DNA of 64,000 bases from Bacteroidota bacterium (GTDB taxonomy: Bacteria; Bacteroidota; Bacteroidia; 2-12-FULL-35-15). The stretch covers positions 769,952 through 833,951 of the forward strand of contig JAOQAE010000006.1 of the NCBI GenBank assembly GCA_025963725.1, given 5' to 3'. The position numbers and the translations under genes were made by a program. This document shows, one piece after another, positions 40,648 to 50,595 of the stretch (position 1 is its first letter; every line of letters begins with the position of its first letter). The notes beneath the pieces were generated by a model. That model was not told where the DNA came from, did not search any database, and saw only the letters and a list, made by a program, of their open reading frames with translations.

Positions 40648-40850
40648 ACCGCATCATCGAGCTTACTCCAAACGGGGTGATCGACAAGCGCATGAGCTAT
40701 GATGAGTACATTAAGGATGAAGGCGTGAAAGCATTAAGGGAAAAGATGTACCCGAAGCTGGAGAAGGTAAAGTAGAATTTACCGCCTTTTCGGCTTTGCT
40801 CAGGATAAACTCCGGCGGAGAGAGGCAAAGAGTATTATAAAAACGCTGCA
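40648..40850 (+). repeat. 203-bp direct repeat, copy 2 (orphan ABC-F 3' fragment + UTR)
   Basis: Encodes [14 protein letters not shown] but is preceded by an in-frame TAA at 40641; followed by a variant terminator to 40866. Confidence 0.97.
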
Positions 40851-40913
40851 TTCTGCAGCGTTTTTTATTAGCAGGGTTCTTCCATTAGCGCTGTGATTCT
40901 TAAGCGGCACATA

Positions 40914-41372
40914 CTATTCAACCGAGGACAGTAACTCTTCGATTACTTCCTCCAAAGTATCCATATAATTTATGCTGATCCCATCCAGAAACGCCGTGCC
41001 GTATCGTTCATATATGTCGTTCTTACCGGCTGCCACGGCTTTTGCGAACCAATCGGCATCAGGCAGCAGCTTGTAATGGCTATCCAGGCCCTTGAGCTTT
41101 ACCTGTGGCTTCCAGACCGAAAAATACCATTCCATGCTTGGCTGATGAAAAGTGCCTAGCTTACGCTTGTCGAAAACAAGGTGCTTTGCCGGGAATTCAT
41201 CCAGCATGTCAGACATCTTCAGGAAGATCGTTTTGAACTCCTCTATTGGAATATACTCTTCCTTAGCGACACACAGCATCATTCGGAGTGCCGCATTGTA
41301 GTAAGCCGAAGCATACGGACATTCATATACTGGTTTAAAATCCAGTCCCTTGTAAGTTGTAATTGTTTCCAT
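40914..41372 (-). CDS. STAS/SpoIIAA-like small cytoplasmic protein
   Basis: 152 aa alpha/beta pattern HLVFDKRKLGTF..SMEWYFSVWKPQ resembling STAS/SEC14-like proteins; 3 bp downstream of a SpoIIE gene. Confidence 0.5.
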   Translation of the reverse strand: METITTYKGLDFKPVYECPYASAYYNAALRMMLCVAKEEYIPIEEFKTIFLKMSDMLDEFPAKHLVFDKRKLGTFHQPSMEWYFSVWKPQVKLKGLDSHYKLLPDADWFAKAVAAGKNDIYERYGTAFLDGISINYMDTLEEVIEELLSSVE

Positions 41373-41375
41373 AGT

Positions 41376-42245
41376 TTAAAATTTAATGACGAGAAAAGAC
41401 ACGTCATCTGTTTGTTCGTTATTATTCTTCCAGTCGTTATGTGCCCCTTCAATAGTTTTACACAGGGTGGAGGCATCTTCGCCGGCATGTTCAACCAATA
41501 TCTTTTTCAGGCGCGACCTGGTAAATTTTTTATTGTTGTCGCCTCCAAATTGATCTGTAAGGCCATCTGAATACAACACCAGCTTCGCCCCTTTCGCATA
41601 ATCCAGTTCAAACCTTTCAAATTCGCCTGCCGGTAACTCGCCAAGCGCATTCTTCCCCGATGCAAGCTCCATGATGCTTCCATCATTCTTCATGTATAAT
41701 CCCTTTGCGCGTGCTCCGCAATAACTGAGCTGCCCGGTTTCTGTTGAAAAAGAGAAAAAGCTGCCCTCCATGTGCGCAATTGAATAACTATCGTTCCTGA
41801 AGGTTTTAAAAAGCAGGGCACTTAGTTCTTTAACAATTACTTCCGGATCAGCCTGTGGTGATCGTGTCATGAGCTCATTCAATATCAGCGATCCTGAAAT
41901 GCTGAGCATCGCTCCAGGGATTCCATGCCCGGTGCAGTCAAACAGCCCGAACATCACATTGTTGCCGGTTTGCTTTATAAACACAGAATCTCCACCGATG
42001 CCGATCTGCTGGATCACTTTAAAGTCGGCACCAGCGAACAGGCTATTCAGCAGAGACGCGTCCGGCATAAGCGAACCCTGGATCATACCGGCAAACCGGA
42101 TGCTCGAAAAAATATGCTGGTGAGTTTCGGAAAGCTCCCTGTTTTTATTCTCCAGCTCATTCTGCAGCTCCATCATGTACCGCGTGGTCATGATCATCAT
42201 TTCATTTTTTGATTGAAGCTGCTCTTTGTAATATTGCGCGTCCAC
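41376..42245 (-). CDS. Cytoplasmic SpoIIE/PP2C phosphatase with N-terminal coiled coil
   Basis: GGDSVF, DCTGHGIPGA, SDGLTDQFGG, EQTDD; no TM or sensor domain. Confidence 0.88.
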   Translation of the reverse strand: MDAQYYKEQLQSKNEMMIMTTRYMMELQNELENKNRELSETHQHIFSSIRFAGMIQGSLMPDASLLNSLFAGADFKVIQQIGIGGDSVFIKQTGNNVMFGLFDCTGHGIPGAMLSISGSLILNELMTRSPQADPEVIVKELSALLFKTFRNDSYSIAHMEGSFFSFSTETGQLSYCGARAKGLYMKNDGSIMELASGKNALGELPAGEFERFELDYAKGAKLVLYSDGLTDQFGGDNNKKFTRSRLKKILVEHAGEDASTLCKTIEGAHNDWKNNNEQTDDVSFLVIKF

Positions 42246-42464
42246 AGTATTTATGTTAATCTGTCTATCATTTCAAAAAGCATACCTGTATGCTTACCGT
42301 TCCCTTCTTCGGCAAAAAGCAATTGCAGTTCGACTAATATGGCCTTGTGTGGAAAACACTTCACGATTTATCGTCCCGAAGAAGAAATAGCAGGAAACAT
42401 TCCGTTTCAAAGGATTCATTATATTTGAAATGCATTTAATCCTCTTATTCTAAAAACGCCTCCA

Positions 42465-43208
42465 ATGAAGCCAAAGGTAACTCTATTTTCAACTGCAATC
42501 TTTATTCTTTTTTTATCACAAGCCTTCGCGCAACCGGAAAAAGGCGACCGGATATTTGAAGGAAGCATTGGCAACCTGAGCTATACGATGAACAAGCCGG
42601 ATGTTACCTACAATCCCTATTATACCAATTACAGGAGCTATGATTTACGCGCATCGATCTATCCGGGGATCGGGTATTTTTTCAGTGACCGGCTGGCAGG
42701 AGGATTTGTGCTGGACGGCAGCTATTCAAATTCGAGCACCCAGTCGGACTGGATCCTGAGCCAGAACAACGCTATAAATAATCGCTTTGTAAGTTTCAAC
42801 CTTTTGATAGTGCCTTATTGCCGCTATTATTTTGCAGGTAAGAAAACCAACCGGTTTTATGCGGAACTACATTTCGGAGGTGGCGGCGGCATATCCGATT
42901 CACGTTCAGAAACCACTTACAGCTCTACCAACAATGGCGTTACACGTTTTCATTCACACGGTATCAATAACCAATGGACCACCGGCCTGATGATAGGGTT
43001 TAATCATTTTTTCACAAAGAACATAGCCTTCCAAACGGTAATAGGCCCCGATTATACCGTGCTTCATGGAACTGTGAATTATAGTTATTATGCCAACCCG
43101 GCCCAGTCGCTGGATATTATCAACGGCAATCTCAATTTTTCCTGGAAATTCGGTTTCAGCATTCTCCTTCCTTCCAAAAAGAAAAAGGATGCGCCCGCTG
43201 CCGGATAA
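42465..43208 (+). CDS. Outer-membrane beta-barrel protein
   Basis: Signal peptide; PGIGYFFSDRLAGG, PYCRYYF, GFNHFFTKNIAF strands; TATATTTG box at 42420-42427. Confidence 0.7.
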   Translation: MKPKVTLFSTAIFILFLSQAFAQPEKGDRIFEGSIGNLSYTMNKPDVTYNPYYTNYRSYDLRASIYPGIGYFFSDRLAGGFVLDGSYSNSSTQSDWILSQNNAINNRFVSFNLLIVPYCRYYFAGKKTNRFYAELHFGGGGGISDSRSETTYSSTNNGVTRFHSHGINNQWTTGLMIGFNHFFTKNIAFQTVIGPDYTVLHGTVNYSYYANPAQSLDIINGNLNFSWKFGFSILLPSKKKKDAPAAG

Positions 43209-43321
43209 TATTCTTATTCCCAAACACAATAATTAGGAATAAGACTATCTTTGATGCTCTGCGGGAAGAACAGCCGCACAGTTAATTCAATATTAATTAT
43301 TACTAAAAAAAGCTACACAGC

Positions 43322-43747
43322 ATGAACAAACGCGGGCCAATTATGATCATTGAGGATGATAAGGATGACCAGGAAATATTAGCGGAAGTATTTAAGGAAT
43401 TGAATTACCGGAATGAGATCCTCTTTTATAACGATGGCCAGGAAGCACTGGACTATCTCACAAATACAGACACAGAGCCTTTCATTATCTTTTCGGATAT
43501 CAATATGCCAAAGCTTGGCGGAATGGCACTGCGCGCAAAGATCCATGAAAATGAAGACCTGCGGATCAAGTCGATCCCCTACCTGTTCTTTTCCACAAGC
43601 GCAGAACAGGAACATGTGGTGGACGCTTATTCAAAATCGGTACAGGGATTTTTTATAAAGCCTGCTGAGTTTGAAGAGATCAGGTCGACGATGAAGATCA
43701 TTGTGGAGTACTGGCAGAAATGCGTATCACCGAACTATATTAAATAA
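43322..43747 (+). CDS. Single-domain response regulator
   Basis: IIEDDKDD, SDINMP, FSTS, FIKP receiver motifs; TATCTTTG box at 43246-43253. Confidence 0.92.
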   Translation: MNKRGPIMIIEDDKDDQEILAEVFKELNYRNEILFYNDGQEALDYLTNTDTEPFIIFSDINMPKLGGMALRAKIHENEDLRIKSIPYLFFSTSAEQEHVVDAYSKSVQGFFIKPAEFEEIRSTMKIIVEYWQKCVSPNYIK

Positions 43748-43871
43748 GCTCATTTTTCGGCTTCAGGATATTCTTGCCGCAGATTCGCAGATTTTAAAGG
43801 ATTGATCGCCTTGCGACGATACTTGCGCGACGTCATTTCGAGTGTGCATAAACATCCCGCTTTATTTAAAC

Positions 43872-44387
43872 ATGAATTTTTTACTTGCTCATAAAACAAT
43901 CCTCAGAACCTCCTTAAGCAAGGAAGAAGTCATAAAACATCTTTCAGGCTTTATTTCACATGAAGAGCTTTTTGCATTCGGGCTCCTTGCAAAGGGTGAA
44001 CGGAATTCTAAAAAGTCCTATGAAGGCAATATAAATGAAAACAAATTTACGATTCAAAGGATCAGCAGGGAAGAAAGAAAGTCCTACACTCCCTTAATTT
44101 GCGGGATGATCCAGGATGATTTTAATGGCACGCTCATACACATCAAAATAAAACCGGACAAGTTCTTTTACGTTTTTTTAATTCTTTTTATCGCCCTGCT
44201 TGCCTACAACGAATCTTTGTTTTTTCCTGTTGCTATTGAAACTAAAAATGCCCTATTTGCATTGATGCCATTAGGGATGTTATTATTTGCCTATAGCATT
44301 ATCCTTTACAAGTTTAACCGCGAAAGCAGAAAGGCCAAAGCAGATTTGATGATGTTGCTGAATGCAGTGCCATATCTTAAATTATAA
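43872..44387 (+). CDS. Hypothetical membrane protein
   Basis: Soluble N-terminal domain plus two C-terminal TMs. Confidence 0.6.
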   Translation: MNFLLAHKTILRTSLSKEEVIKHLSGFISHEELFAFGLLAKGERNSKKSYEGNINENKFTIQRISREERKSYTPLICGMIQDDFNGTLIHIKIKPDKFFYVFLILFIALLAYNESLFFPVAIETKNALFALMPLGMLLFAYSIILYKFNRESRKAKADLMMLLNAVPYLKL

Positions 44388-44433
44388 TTTTAAAAAATTA
44401 AGTATCTTCGAAGAACAGAATCGCTCCTTCTGC

Positions 44434-45087
44434 ATGAAAAATCTTACTTTCTTCTTCATAGCCTTCCTGCTCATCAACGGAAGACTCACCGCGCAAACTA
44501 ACCCTGAGGTTATTGCTCCCGCATTTGACGACAGCTATTCAAAAACCATTAAGCTGCTTGAAGCCGGCGAAACCGATATTAATTACAGGGCATTCAGGGA
44601 AAGCTTCATTGAAAGTAAACAGTTCCTGGCGGCTTCACAGCAGTACAAAATATTTGACAGCCTTAAAAAGGAAATGTATAAGCAGATGGGCAAATCGGAT
44701 TACCCTGCCATCATTAAGGCAACAAAGGGAATGCTGAGCATCGATTATACCAGCATGATCGCACATAAAATTCTGCAGCAAACCTATAAGATCATGGGGG
44801 ACTCACTCAACTGGAAAAAATATCACGATATTGAGTTCGGCCTGCTGCGTTCCATAGTAAAAAACGGCGATGGCAAAACCTGTGAAACCGCATGGCCGGT
44901 GATCCAGATAGAAGAGGAATATTTTATACTCGATATGCTTGATGCTACTTTCAAAAAACAAAGCATTGATAATTCCGGCGGGCTTTGCGATAAAATGGAA
45001 GTAAAGGAAGGCAGAAAAAAGAAAACCTATTACTTCGAAGTAAGCAAAGTGTTTGAAGGCTATAAAAAACTTGAAAAAACCGATTAA
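44434..45087 (+). CDS. Exported DUF4919-like protein
   Basis: Signal peptide MKNLTFFF; SIVKNGDGKTCETAWPVIQIEEEY motif. Confidence 0.65.
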   Translation: MKNLTFFFIAFLLINGRLTAQTNPEVIAPAFDDSYSKTIKLLEAGETDINYRAFRESFIESKQFLAASQQYKIFDSLKKEMYKQMGKSDYPAIIKATKGMLSIDYTSMIAHKILQQTYKIMGDSLNWKKYHDIEFGLLRSIVKNGDGKTCETAWPVIQIEEEYFILDMLDATFKKQSIDNSGGLCDKMEVKEGRKKKTYYFEVSKVFEGYKKLEKTD

Positions 45088-45106
45088 TGCAATTGAATAC
45101 GAAGCT

Positions 45107-45799
45107 ATGAAAAAACCGATATACTTCCTCTCCATTCTCCTTCTCAGCGCCTGCAGCAGCAACCCTTCCACGGATCAATCTGCCACAGAAACGCCGGCCA
45201 CACGCGACCTGGGCAAAACATTCGCTGACATCAATCCCGATTCCCTCTATGTATACAGCATTGAAAACACGGAAGACAAGAATTATAAGTTTGCGGGAAG
45301 GCTGCTCGACAGCAGCATCATCTCTATCTTTCCTTATTATGTAAAAGGTGACCAACGCTGGAAAACTGAATATTTCGGATGCTATAAATTTGCCATTGAC
45401 TCTTCGCGAATTGCCCTTGTTACAAGAGTTCCCGGAGAGTACGTATCCTCCTCGCTCCAGCTTTTTATTTACGACATTCAAAAAGATTCGGTTACTCAGC
45501 AGATCGACCTTGCCGATCTCTGGGGCGATGCCGGTGAATTTTCAGAGCACAACTCCTGTATTTTTTACAGCCCGGAGAAGGAGCTGAAGATCCTCAGCTA
45601 TTACTGGAGCTCCTACGACCACAGCGTAGACCAGGAAACAGAAGGCGATACGCTTATTGAATACTGGGAGGGTTACCTCCTGCGGGGGCTTTCGAAGAAC
45701 GCCGGCGATACCCTTTCCAAGGATTCGGCAGAGATTGTAAGGAATTATCCGGCAATGCTTGAGAAGATGCTGCACCGGGAAACCCCTGTGAGCCTGTAA
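45107..45799 (+). CDS. Hypothetical lipoprotein
   Basis: Lipobox LLLSAC after ATG 45107. Confidence 0.7.
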   Translation: MKKPIYFLSILLLSACSSNPSTDQSATETPATRDLGKTFADINPDSLYVYSIENTEDKNYKFAGRLLDSSIISIFPYYVKGDQRWKTEYFGCYKFAIDSSRIALVTRVPGEYVSSSLQLFIYDIQKDSVTQQIDLADLWGDAGEFSEHNSCIFYSPEKELKILSYYWSSYDHSVDQETEGDTLIEYWEGYLLRGLSKNAGDTLSKDSAEIVRNYPAMLEKMLHRETPVSL

Positions 45800-45882
45800 G
45801 CCAGGCATAAGCTGTACATACAGGGCAAAAAATTAGAAAAATTAAAATCAATTTCTATCTTTGTTCGCAAACCGCACCCAGG

Positions 45883-46410
45883 CTGAAAAAGATTAGCTGC
45901 ATATTACTCATAATGATCCTGCTGCTCCAGGCGGGCGGGATGCTGTTTATCTTTAAATGCCAGCAATACAGCGCCTATTTTCAAATGCAACAGGATCTGT
46001 TCCACGGCAGCGCGAAACTCGAGCAGCTCACCTTCTCTCTTGAGGAATACAACAAAAACAGGCAGGACGATGGTGATGAAATTTCCTTCCAGGACAAATT
46101 ATACGATGTTAAGTCTGTAACTGTAAACGGCAAAACCGTGACCCTTCTTGCCGTGAACGATACCAAAGAAGAAAGCGTGATGCTGAGGATCAGGGATTTT
46201 ATACGGGAGGCCAGCCTTCCCGGCAACGAGGTTCCGATGCAATTGCTCCAGCTTTTTTCAATGCAGTACATCTCTCCTCAAACAAGGCTTTGCTTTTTTA
46301 TCCCTTCTGTTTCAATTCAATTCCCCGATCCCAAATCTCCTGCGCTTACAGCGGGAACCGGGAACATTTTTATTCCCCCGCCCGAACAGGCCACTTCCTT
46401 TTTATTTTAA
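45883..46410 (+). CDS. Hypothetical membrane-anchored protein ending in IFIPPP, upstream of TonB receptor
   Basis: In-frame CTG 45883 (LKKISCILLI..) downstream of TATCTTTG 45856-45863; ATG alternative at 45913; N-terminal TM. Confidence 0.7.
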   Translation: MKKISCILLIMILLLQAGGMLFIFKCQQYSAYFQMQQDLFHGSAKLEQLTFSLEEYNKNRQDDGDEISFQDKLYDVKSVTVNGKTVTLLAVNDTKEESVMLRIRDFIREASLPGNEVPMQLLQLFSMQYISPQTRLCFFIPSVSIQFPDPKSPALTAGTGNIFIPPPEQATSFLF

Positions 46411-46467
46411 CAGGTACCCGCGTGTTTGGTGCCTGACCAAGCTTTTGTTCCATATTAATCTTATATC

Positions 46468-48645
46468 ATGAACTATATAAAAACAGCCTTCATGGGCTTA
46501 GGCATGGCATTTTGCCACCTGTCCCATGCACAGAACGATACAGCAAAGAATACCACTATCAAGCTTAGCGAAGTGGAAATTGAGACCAATTCCAATAAGT
46601 CATTAACCCAGCCGGCATCTGTTGCAAAGCTTACCGAGGTGGAGCTGAAGCGCGGCAACGGCCTTTACCTCGATGATGCCATCAACCAGAATGTTCCGGG
46701 TGTTTTCATGCAGCGCCGCGCTGCTTCTTCCGGGCAGCAATTCAACATCAGGGGATACGGAAATGGCGTGCGGGGGACTAATGGCGTGAGCAGCAATTTC
46801 GACGGACAGGGTTATAAAGTATACCTGAACGGGATCCCTATTACCGATGCCGAAGGGATCACACTGATGGACGACATCGATTTCAACTCCATCGGAAATG
46901 TGGAAGTTATAAAAGGGCCTACCGGAACGCTTTACGGACTGGCTATTGCAGGGGTTGTAAACCTTAAGACGGCTACCCCTGCAAAGGGAAAAACTTCCGT
47001 GGGACAGGATGTGATGTTCGGAAGCTACGGCCTCAGCCGCTTTACCACACATGCCGAAGTAGGCGGGGAACGCTCTTCCTTCCTGGTAAATTACGGCCAC
47101 CAGACCTACGATGGATTTATCGTGCACACTGCGTCCCACAAGGATTTTGTGAACGTAATGGGAAATTTCCAGCCGAATGAAAAACAATCGGTAAGCGTGT
47201 ATGCAGGATACAGCAACAGCTACGATGAAAGACAGGGCGAGCTTACCATCATGCAGTACGATACGAATAACTATTCGGGAAACCCCGCTTACATTAAGAA
47301 CAATGCGCATTCCAATATCATCAGCTTCCGGGCCGGCGTGGGACATACTTACACGTTCAACAAGTATGTTTCAAACACGCTCACCGTTTTCGGCAGCGGT
47401 GTAAGCAACAATGCGAGCTCGGCGGGCGGCTGGACAGATAAAACACCGGTGAACTACGGCGCACGCACTACGTTCGACCTTAAATTCATGCAGGAGAAAA
47501 AGTTCAGGCTCAATGGTGTGCTTGGAGCTGAGCTCCAGCAGCAGTTTGCACAGGTGATCGGATACGGGATGGTGGCTAATCCAAACCCTGACCCATACGC
47601 GTACAATACCATCGGCGCTGCACGCAGCAATATTGCGTACCGCACAGAAACATCCTCTGCCTTTACGGAATGGACGCTTGGCATGCCAATGGACTTTTCA
47701 CTTACAGCGGGAATCGGCGTAAGCAATATGCTGATCGTGCTGAACGACCGCTTCTATGTGTCAACCAGCACCAACCCTACCAAATATGCCAAAGGCTATG
47801 ACAATATGTTCTCGCCGCATGTTGCGCTGAACAAAGTATTCAAAAAGCACATTTCCGCATACATCTCTTACAGCAAAGGCTACAAAGCGCCAACAAGCTC
47901 TTACTTCTTTATTCCGACAACAGGAAAAGTGAATACCGAGCTGAGCCCCGAGGCCGGCGACCAGTTCGAGATCGGCTCGAAAGGCGACCTGATGAACGGA
48001 AAGCTGTATTATGAAGTGGCGGTGTTCAACACTTTATTCAGCAACAAGATGACCACCGTTGCTGTTCCGCTCGATCCTCCTGCGGTTGGTACTTCATACT
48101 CTTACATTGTGAACAGGGGCGGACAGGATAACAAAGGCGTTGAAGCATTGCTGAAATACACTGTGTACAGCTCGGCTACAGGCTTCTTCAAAGCCATCAC
48201 TCCATGGGTGAACGTGGCTTATTCCGATTTCAGGTACGTGAATTATTCATTCCAGACGCTGACGGCGAACAAGAAAAATGTGATCGAAACCGACTACAGC
48301 GGAAATGCTGTTGCAGGCGTAGCGCCTGTCACCGCTAACGCAGGCGTTGACATCAACACTAAGATCGGCGTGTATGCAAACGTTAATTATTTGTACCGCG
48401 ATGGTATGCCGATCACTTCCGACGGACTGAACATGGCGCCATCGTACAGCCTGCTGAATGCAAAGCTTGGCTTCCGCCGTACATTTTTGAAGCGCCTCGA
48501 CCTGGATGTGTATGCCGGTGCGACCAATATCACCAGCGAAAAATATTCGTACATGATCTTCGTGAACCAGCTTCCGGATGCTTATATGCCGGCACCGAAT
48601 GAGATCAATTATTTCGGCGGAGTAAACTTAAAATTCAATTTTTAA
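46468..48645 (+). CDS. TonB-dependent outer-membrane receptor (probably haem/iron)
   Basis: Plug motifs VPGVF, IRGYG, YLNGIP, VEVIKGP..LYG; C-terminal NLKFNF; adjacent to a haem ABC transporter. Confidence 0.92.
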   Translation: MNYIKTAFMGLGMAFCHLSHAQNDTAKNTTIKLSEVEIETNSNKSLTQPASVAKLTEVELKRGNGLYLDDAINQNVPGVFMQRRAASSGQQFNIRGYGNGVRGTNGVSSNFDGQGYKVYLNGIPITDAEGITLMDDIDFNSIGNVEVIKGPTGTLYGLAIAGVVNLKTATPAKGKTSVGQDVMFGSYGLSRFTTHAEVGGERSSFLVNYGHQTYDGFIVHTASHKDFVNVMGNFQPNEKQSVSVYAGYSNSYDERQGELTIMQYDTNNYSGNPAYIKNNAHSNIISFRAGVGHTYTFNKYVSNTLTVFGSGVSNNASSAGGWTDKTPVNYGARTTFDLKFMQEKKFRLNGVLGAELQQQFAQVIGYGMVANPNPDPYAYNTIGAARSNIAYRTETSSAFTEWTLGMPMDFSLTAGIGVSNMLIVLNDRFYVSTSTNPTKYAKGYDNMFSPHVALNKVFKKHISAYISYSKGYKAPTSSYFFIPTTGKVNTELSPEAGDQFEIGSKGDLMNGKLYYEVAVFNTLFSNKMTTVAVPLDPPAVGTSYSYIVNRGGQDNKGVEALLKYTVYSSATGFFKAITPWVNVAYSDFRYVNYSFQTLTANKKNVIETDYSGNAVAGVAPVTANAGVDINTKIGVYANVNYLYRDGMPITSDGLNMAPSYSLLNAKLGFRRTFLKRLDLDVYAGATNITSEKYSYMIFVNQLPDAYMPAPNEINYFGGVNLKFNF

Positions 48646-48653
48646 ATCATAAT

Positions 48654-48687
48654 AAAAAGGCGGCGCATGAAAGGCGCCGTCTTTTTT
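48654..48687 (+). terminator. Hairpin/terminator between TonB receptor and hmuT
   Basis: aaaaaggcggcgc-atgaaag-gcgccgtctttttt. Confidence 0.7.
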
Positions 48688-48701
48688 ATATCCATCAGAC
48701 T

Positions 48702-49577
48702 ATGAAAAAGATAATTGCTTTAACGGGAATGTCGCTGCTGCTGCTGAGCTGCGGCCGCTTTTCAAATGAAGATAAAAAGCAGGAGCAGAAGGAGCGCATT
48801 GTTTGTATTTCCAAACAATACAGCGAGATCATCTTTGCGCTGGGCGCACAGGAAAACATTGTTGCCGTTGATGTTTCGAGCACCTATCCTGAAGAAATAA
48901 AAAAGCTCCCTACAGTTGGCTATCACCGGGCATTAAGCGCGGAAGCCATTCTTGCGATGACCCCTACGCTGATCCTGCAGGACAATAACATCGGGCCTGA
49001 GCATGTGGTGAAGCAGCTGAAAGACCTGAAGATCCCGATGAAGGAGTTTGGCAAATACCAAAACACGCTTGCGGGCACCGATTCGCTGATCCGCGAGATG
49101 GGCGCCTACTTTCACCGCGAACGGGAAGCCGATTCGCTTTGCAAAAAGCTGGATAATGACATGAAGGCAGCGCTGGAAGCGACAGGGAAATACAAGGATA
49201 CGGTGAAGGTGCTGATCATTCACTTCGGACAGGCATCTAACCAATACCTCGTGATGACAAAAAAGAGCACGGCTGCAAAGATGATCGAATGGGCCGGCGG
49301 GAAAATGGCAGTGGACGATGAAAAAGGAATGAAGCAGATTTCCCCGGAGGTCGTTGCCAAATCGGACCCGGATGTGATCCTGCTCACCGACTTCGGCTAC
49401 GACCGCCTGAACGGCTCTACTGAAAAGATCAGCGAGCTTCCCGGCGTATCGAGCACAAGGGCATTTAAGAACAACAGGATCTACCGCGTGGAAGAGCATG
49501 ACATGGTTTACCTCGGCCCGCGTACAGGCGAAAATGTACTCAACATTCAAAAATTGATTCATAAAGATGGGCAATAA
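48702..49577 (+). CDS. hmuT: Haemin ABC transporter substrate-binding lipoprotein
   Basis: Lipobox LLSC; VAVDVSSTYP..LPTVGYHRALSAE with the haem-ligand Tyr. Confidence 0.8.
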   Translation: MKKIIALTGMSLLLLSCGRFSNEDKKQEQKERIVCISKQYSEIIFALGAQENIVAVDVSSTYPEEIKKLPTVGYHRALSAEAILAMTPTLILQDNNIGPEHVVKQLKDLKIPMKEFGKYQNTLAGTDSLIREMGAYFHREREADSLCKKLDNDMKAALEATGKYKDTVKVLIIHFGQASNQYLVMTKKSTAAKMIEWAGGKMAVDDEKGMKQISPEVVAKSDPDVILLTDFGYDRLNGSTEKISELPGVSSTRAFKNNRIYRVEEHDMVYLGPRTGENVLNIQKLIHKDGQ

Positions 49578-50595
49578 GCAATACGGGGGAACTTCCTTTA
49601 TTCTCCTTATTCTTCTTGTGATCGTGCTGCTGCTTTCTATGAAATACGGGGCAGTGAACATCAGCCTGGACGAGATCTGCTCGGGCTTCGGCAAATGGCT
49701 TCATCACGATGAGAGCATGACGCTGAACGAGCGGATCTTCCTGCAGATCCGGCTGCCGCGTGCGCTGCTCTGCATTTTCGTTGGCGCAACGCTGGCTGTG
49801 GGCGGCGTGCTCATGCAGGCGCTGTTCCGCAATCCTATCGTGGAGCCCGGACTTGTGGGCACTTCCAGCGGGGCTGCCTTCGGAGCGGCCTTGTATTTTG
49901 TAATGGGCGCCACCTTTAAATTAAATGCGGGGGAATGGACGTTGCCGCTTGCGGCTTGTGCAGGCGGCATCTTATCCACCGCATTTGTATTCATGCTTTC
50001 ACAATCGAAGCAAACGGGCAAAAGCTCCATTGTTGCGCTGCTGCTTACGGGCATCGCCATCAACGCGCTGTTCATGAGCGGCGTAGGCTTTCTCTCCTAC
50101 ATTGCAAGGGACCCGCAGGCACGCTCCATCACCTTCTGGAACCTCGGTACTTTATCGGGCGCCAGCTGGCATTCGGTGATCATCATCGGAACATCCACCG
50201 TGCTGTGCATCGCCATTGCACTGCGGTATGCACGGCACCTGAATGCGCTGATGATCGGTGAAGAGGAAGCGCAATACCTTGGCATCAACATCAAAAAATT
50301 AAAAGCGGTGATCCTGCTTGTGAATGTAATTATGGTTGCCACGGCTACTGCATTTGTAGGCGTGATCAGCTTTGTGGGGCTTATTGTGCCGCACCTGCTG
50401 CGCATGATCAACGGTTCCGACAACCGCTTCCTGATCCGCAACGGCGCATTGCTCGGCGCCATACTGCTGAGCATTGCCGACCTTGTGGCGCGCATGGCCT
50501 TAAGGCCGGCGGAGCTGCCGATCGGCATTGTTACTTCCATTATCGGAGTGCCTGTATTCATTGTTCTCTTACGCAGCAAAAATTATTTTTTCTGA
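49567..50595 (+). CDS. hmuU: Haemin ABC transporter permease (FecCD family)
   Basis: IRLPRA, QALFRNP, ISFVGLIVPH, ELPIGIVT. Confidence 0.85.
   Translation: MGNKQYGGTSFILLILLVIVLLLSMKYGAVNISLDEICSGFGKWLHHDESMTLNERIFLQIRLPRALLCIFVGATLAVGGVLMQALFRNPIVEPGLVGTSSGAAFGAALYFVMGATFKLNAGEWTLPLAACAGGILSTAFVFMLSQSKQTGKSSIVALLLTGIAINALFMSGVGFLSYIARDPQARSITFWNLGTLSGASWHSVIIIGTSTVLCIAIALRYARHLNALMIGEEEAQYLGINIKKLKAVILLVNVIMVATATAFVGVISFVGLIVPHLLRMINGSDNRFLIRNGALLGAILLSIADLVARMALRPAELPIGIVTSIIGVPVFIVLLRSKNYFF

Larger units (their letters stand above)
38752..40850. mobile_element. Small inserted cassette/islet at the ABC-F 3' end (no integrase)
   Basis: Bracketed by the 203-bp direct repeats; AT-rich cargo. 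Confidence 0.65.

Noticed and set aside
40427-40693. 88-aa minus-strand ORF crossing the repeat junction
   Set aside because: Antisense to the small ORF and to the ABC-F fragment; no recognisable features
40648-40775. Second ABC-F 3' fragment as an expressed mini-gene
   Set aside because: In-frame TAA directly upstream and no promoter; only a 27-codon internal ATG ORF is possible
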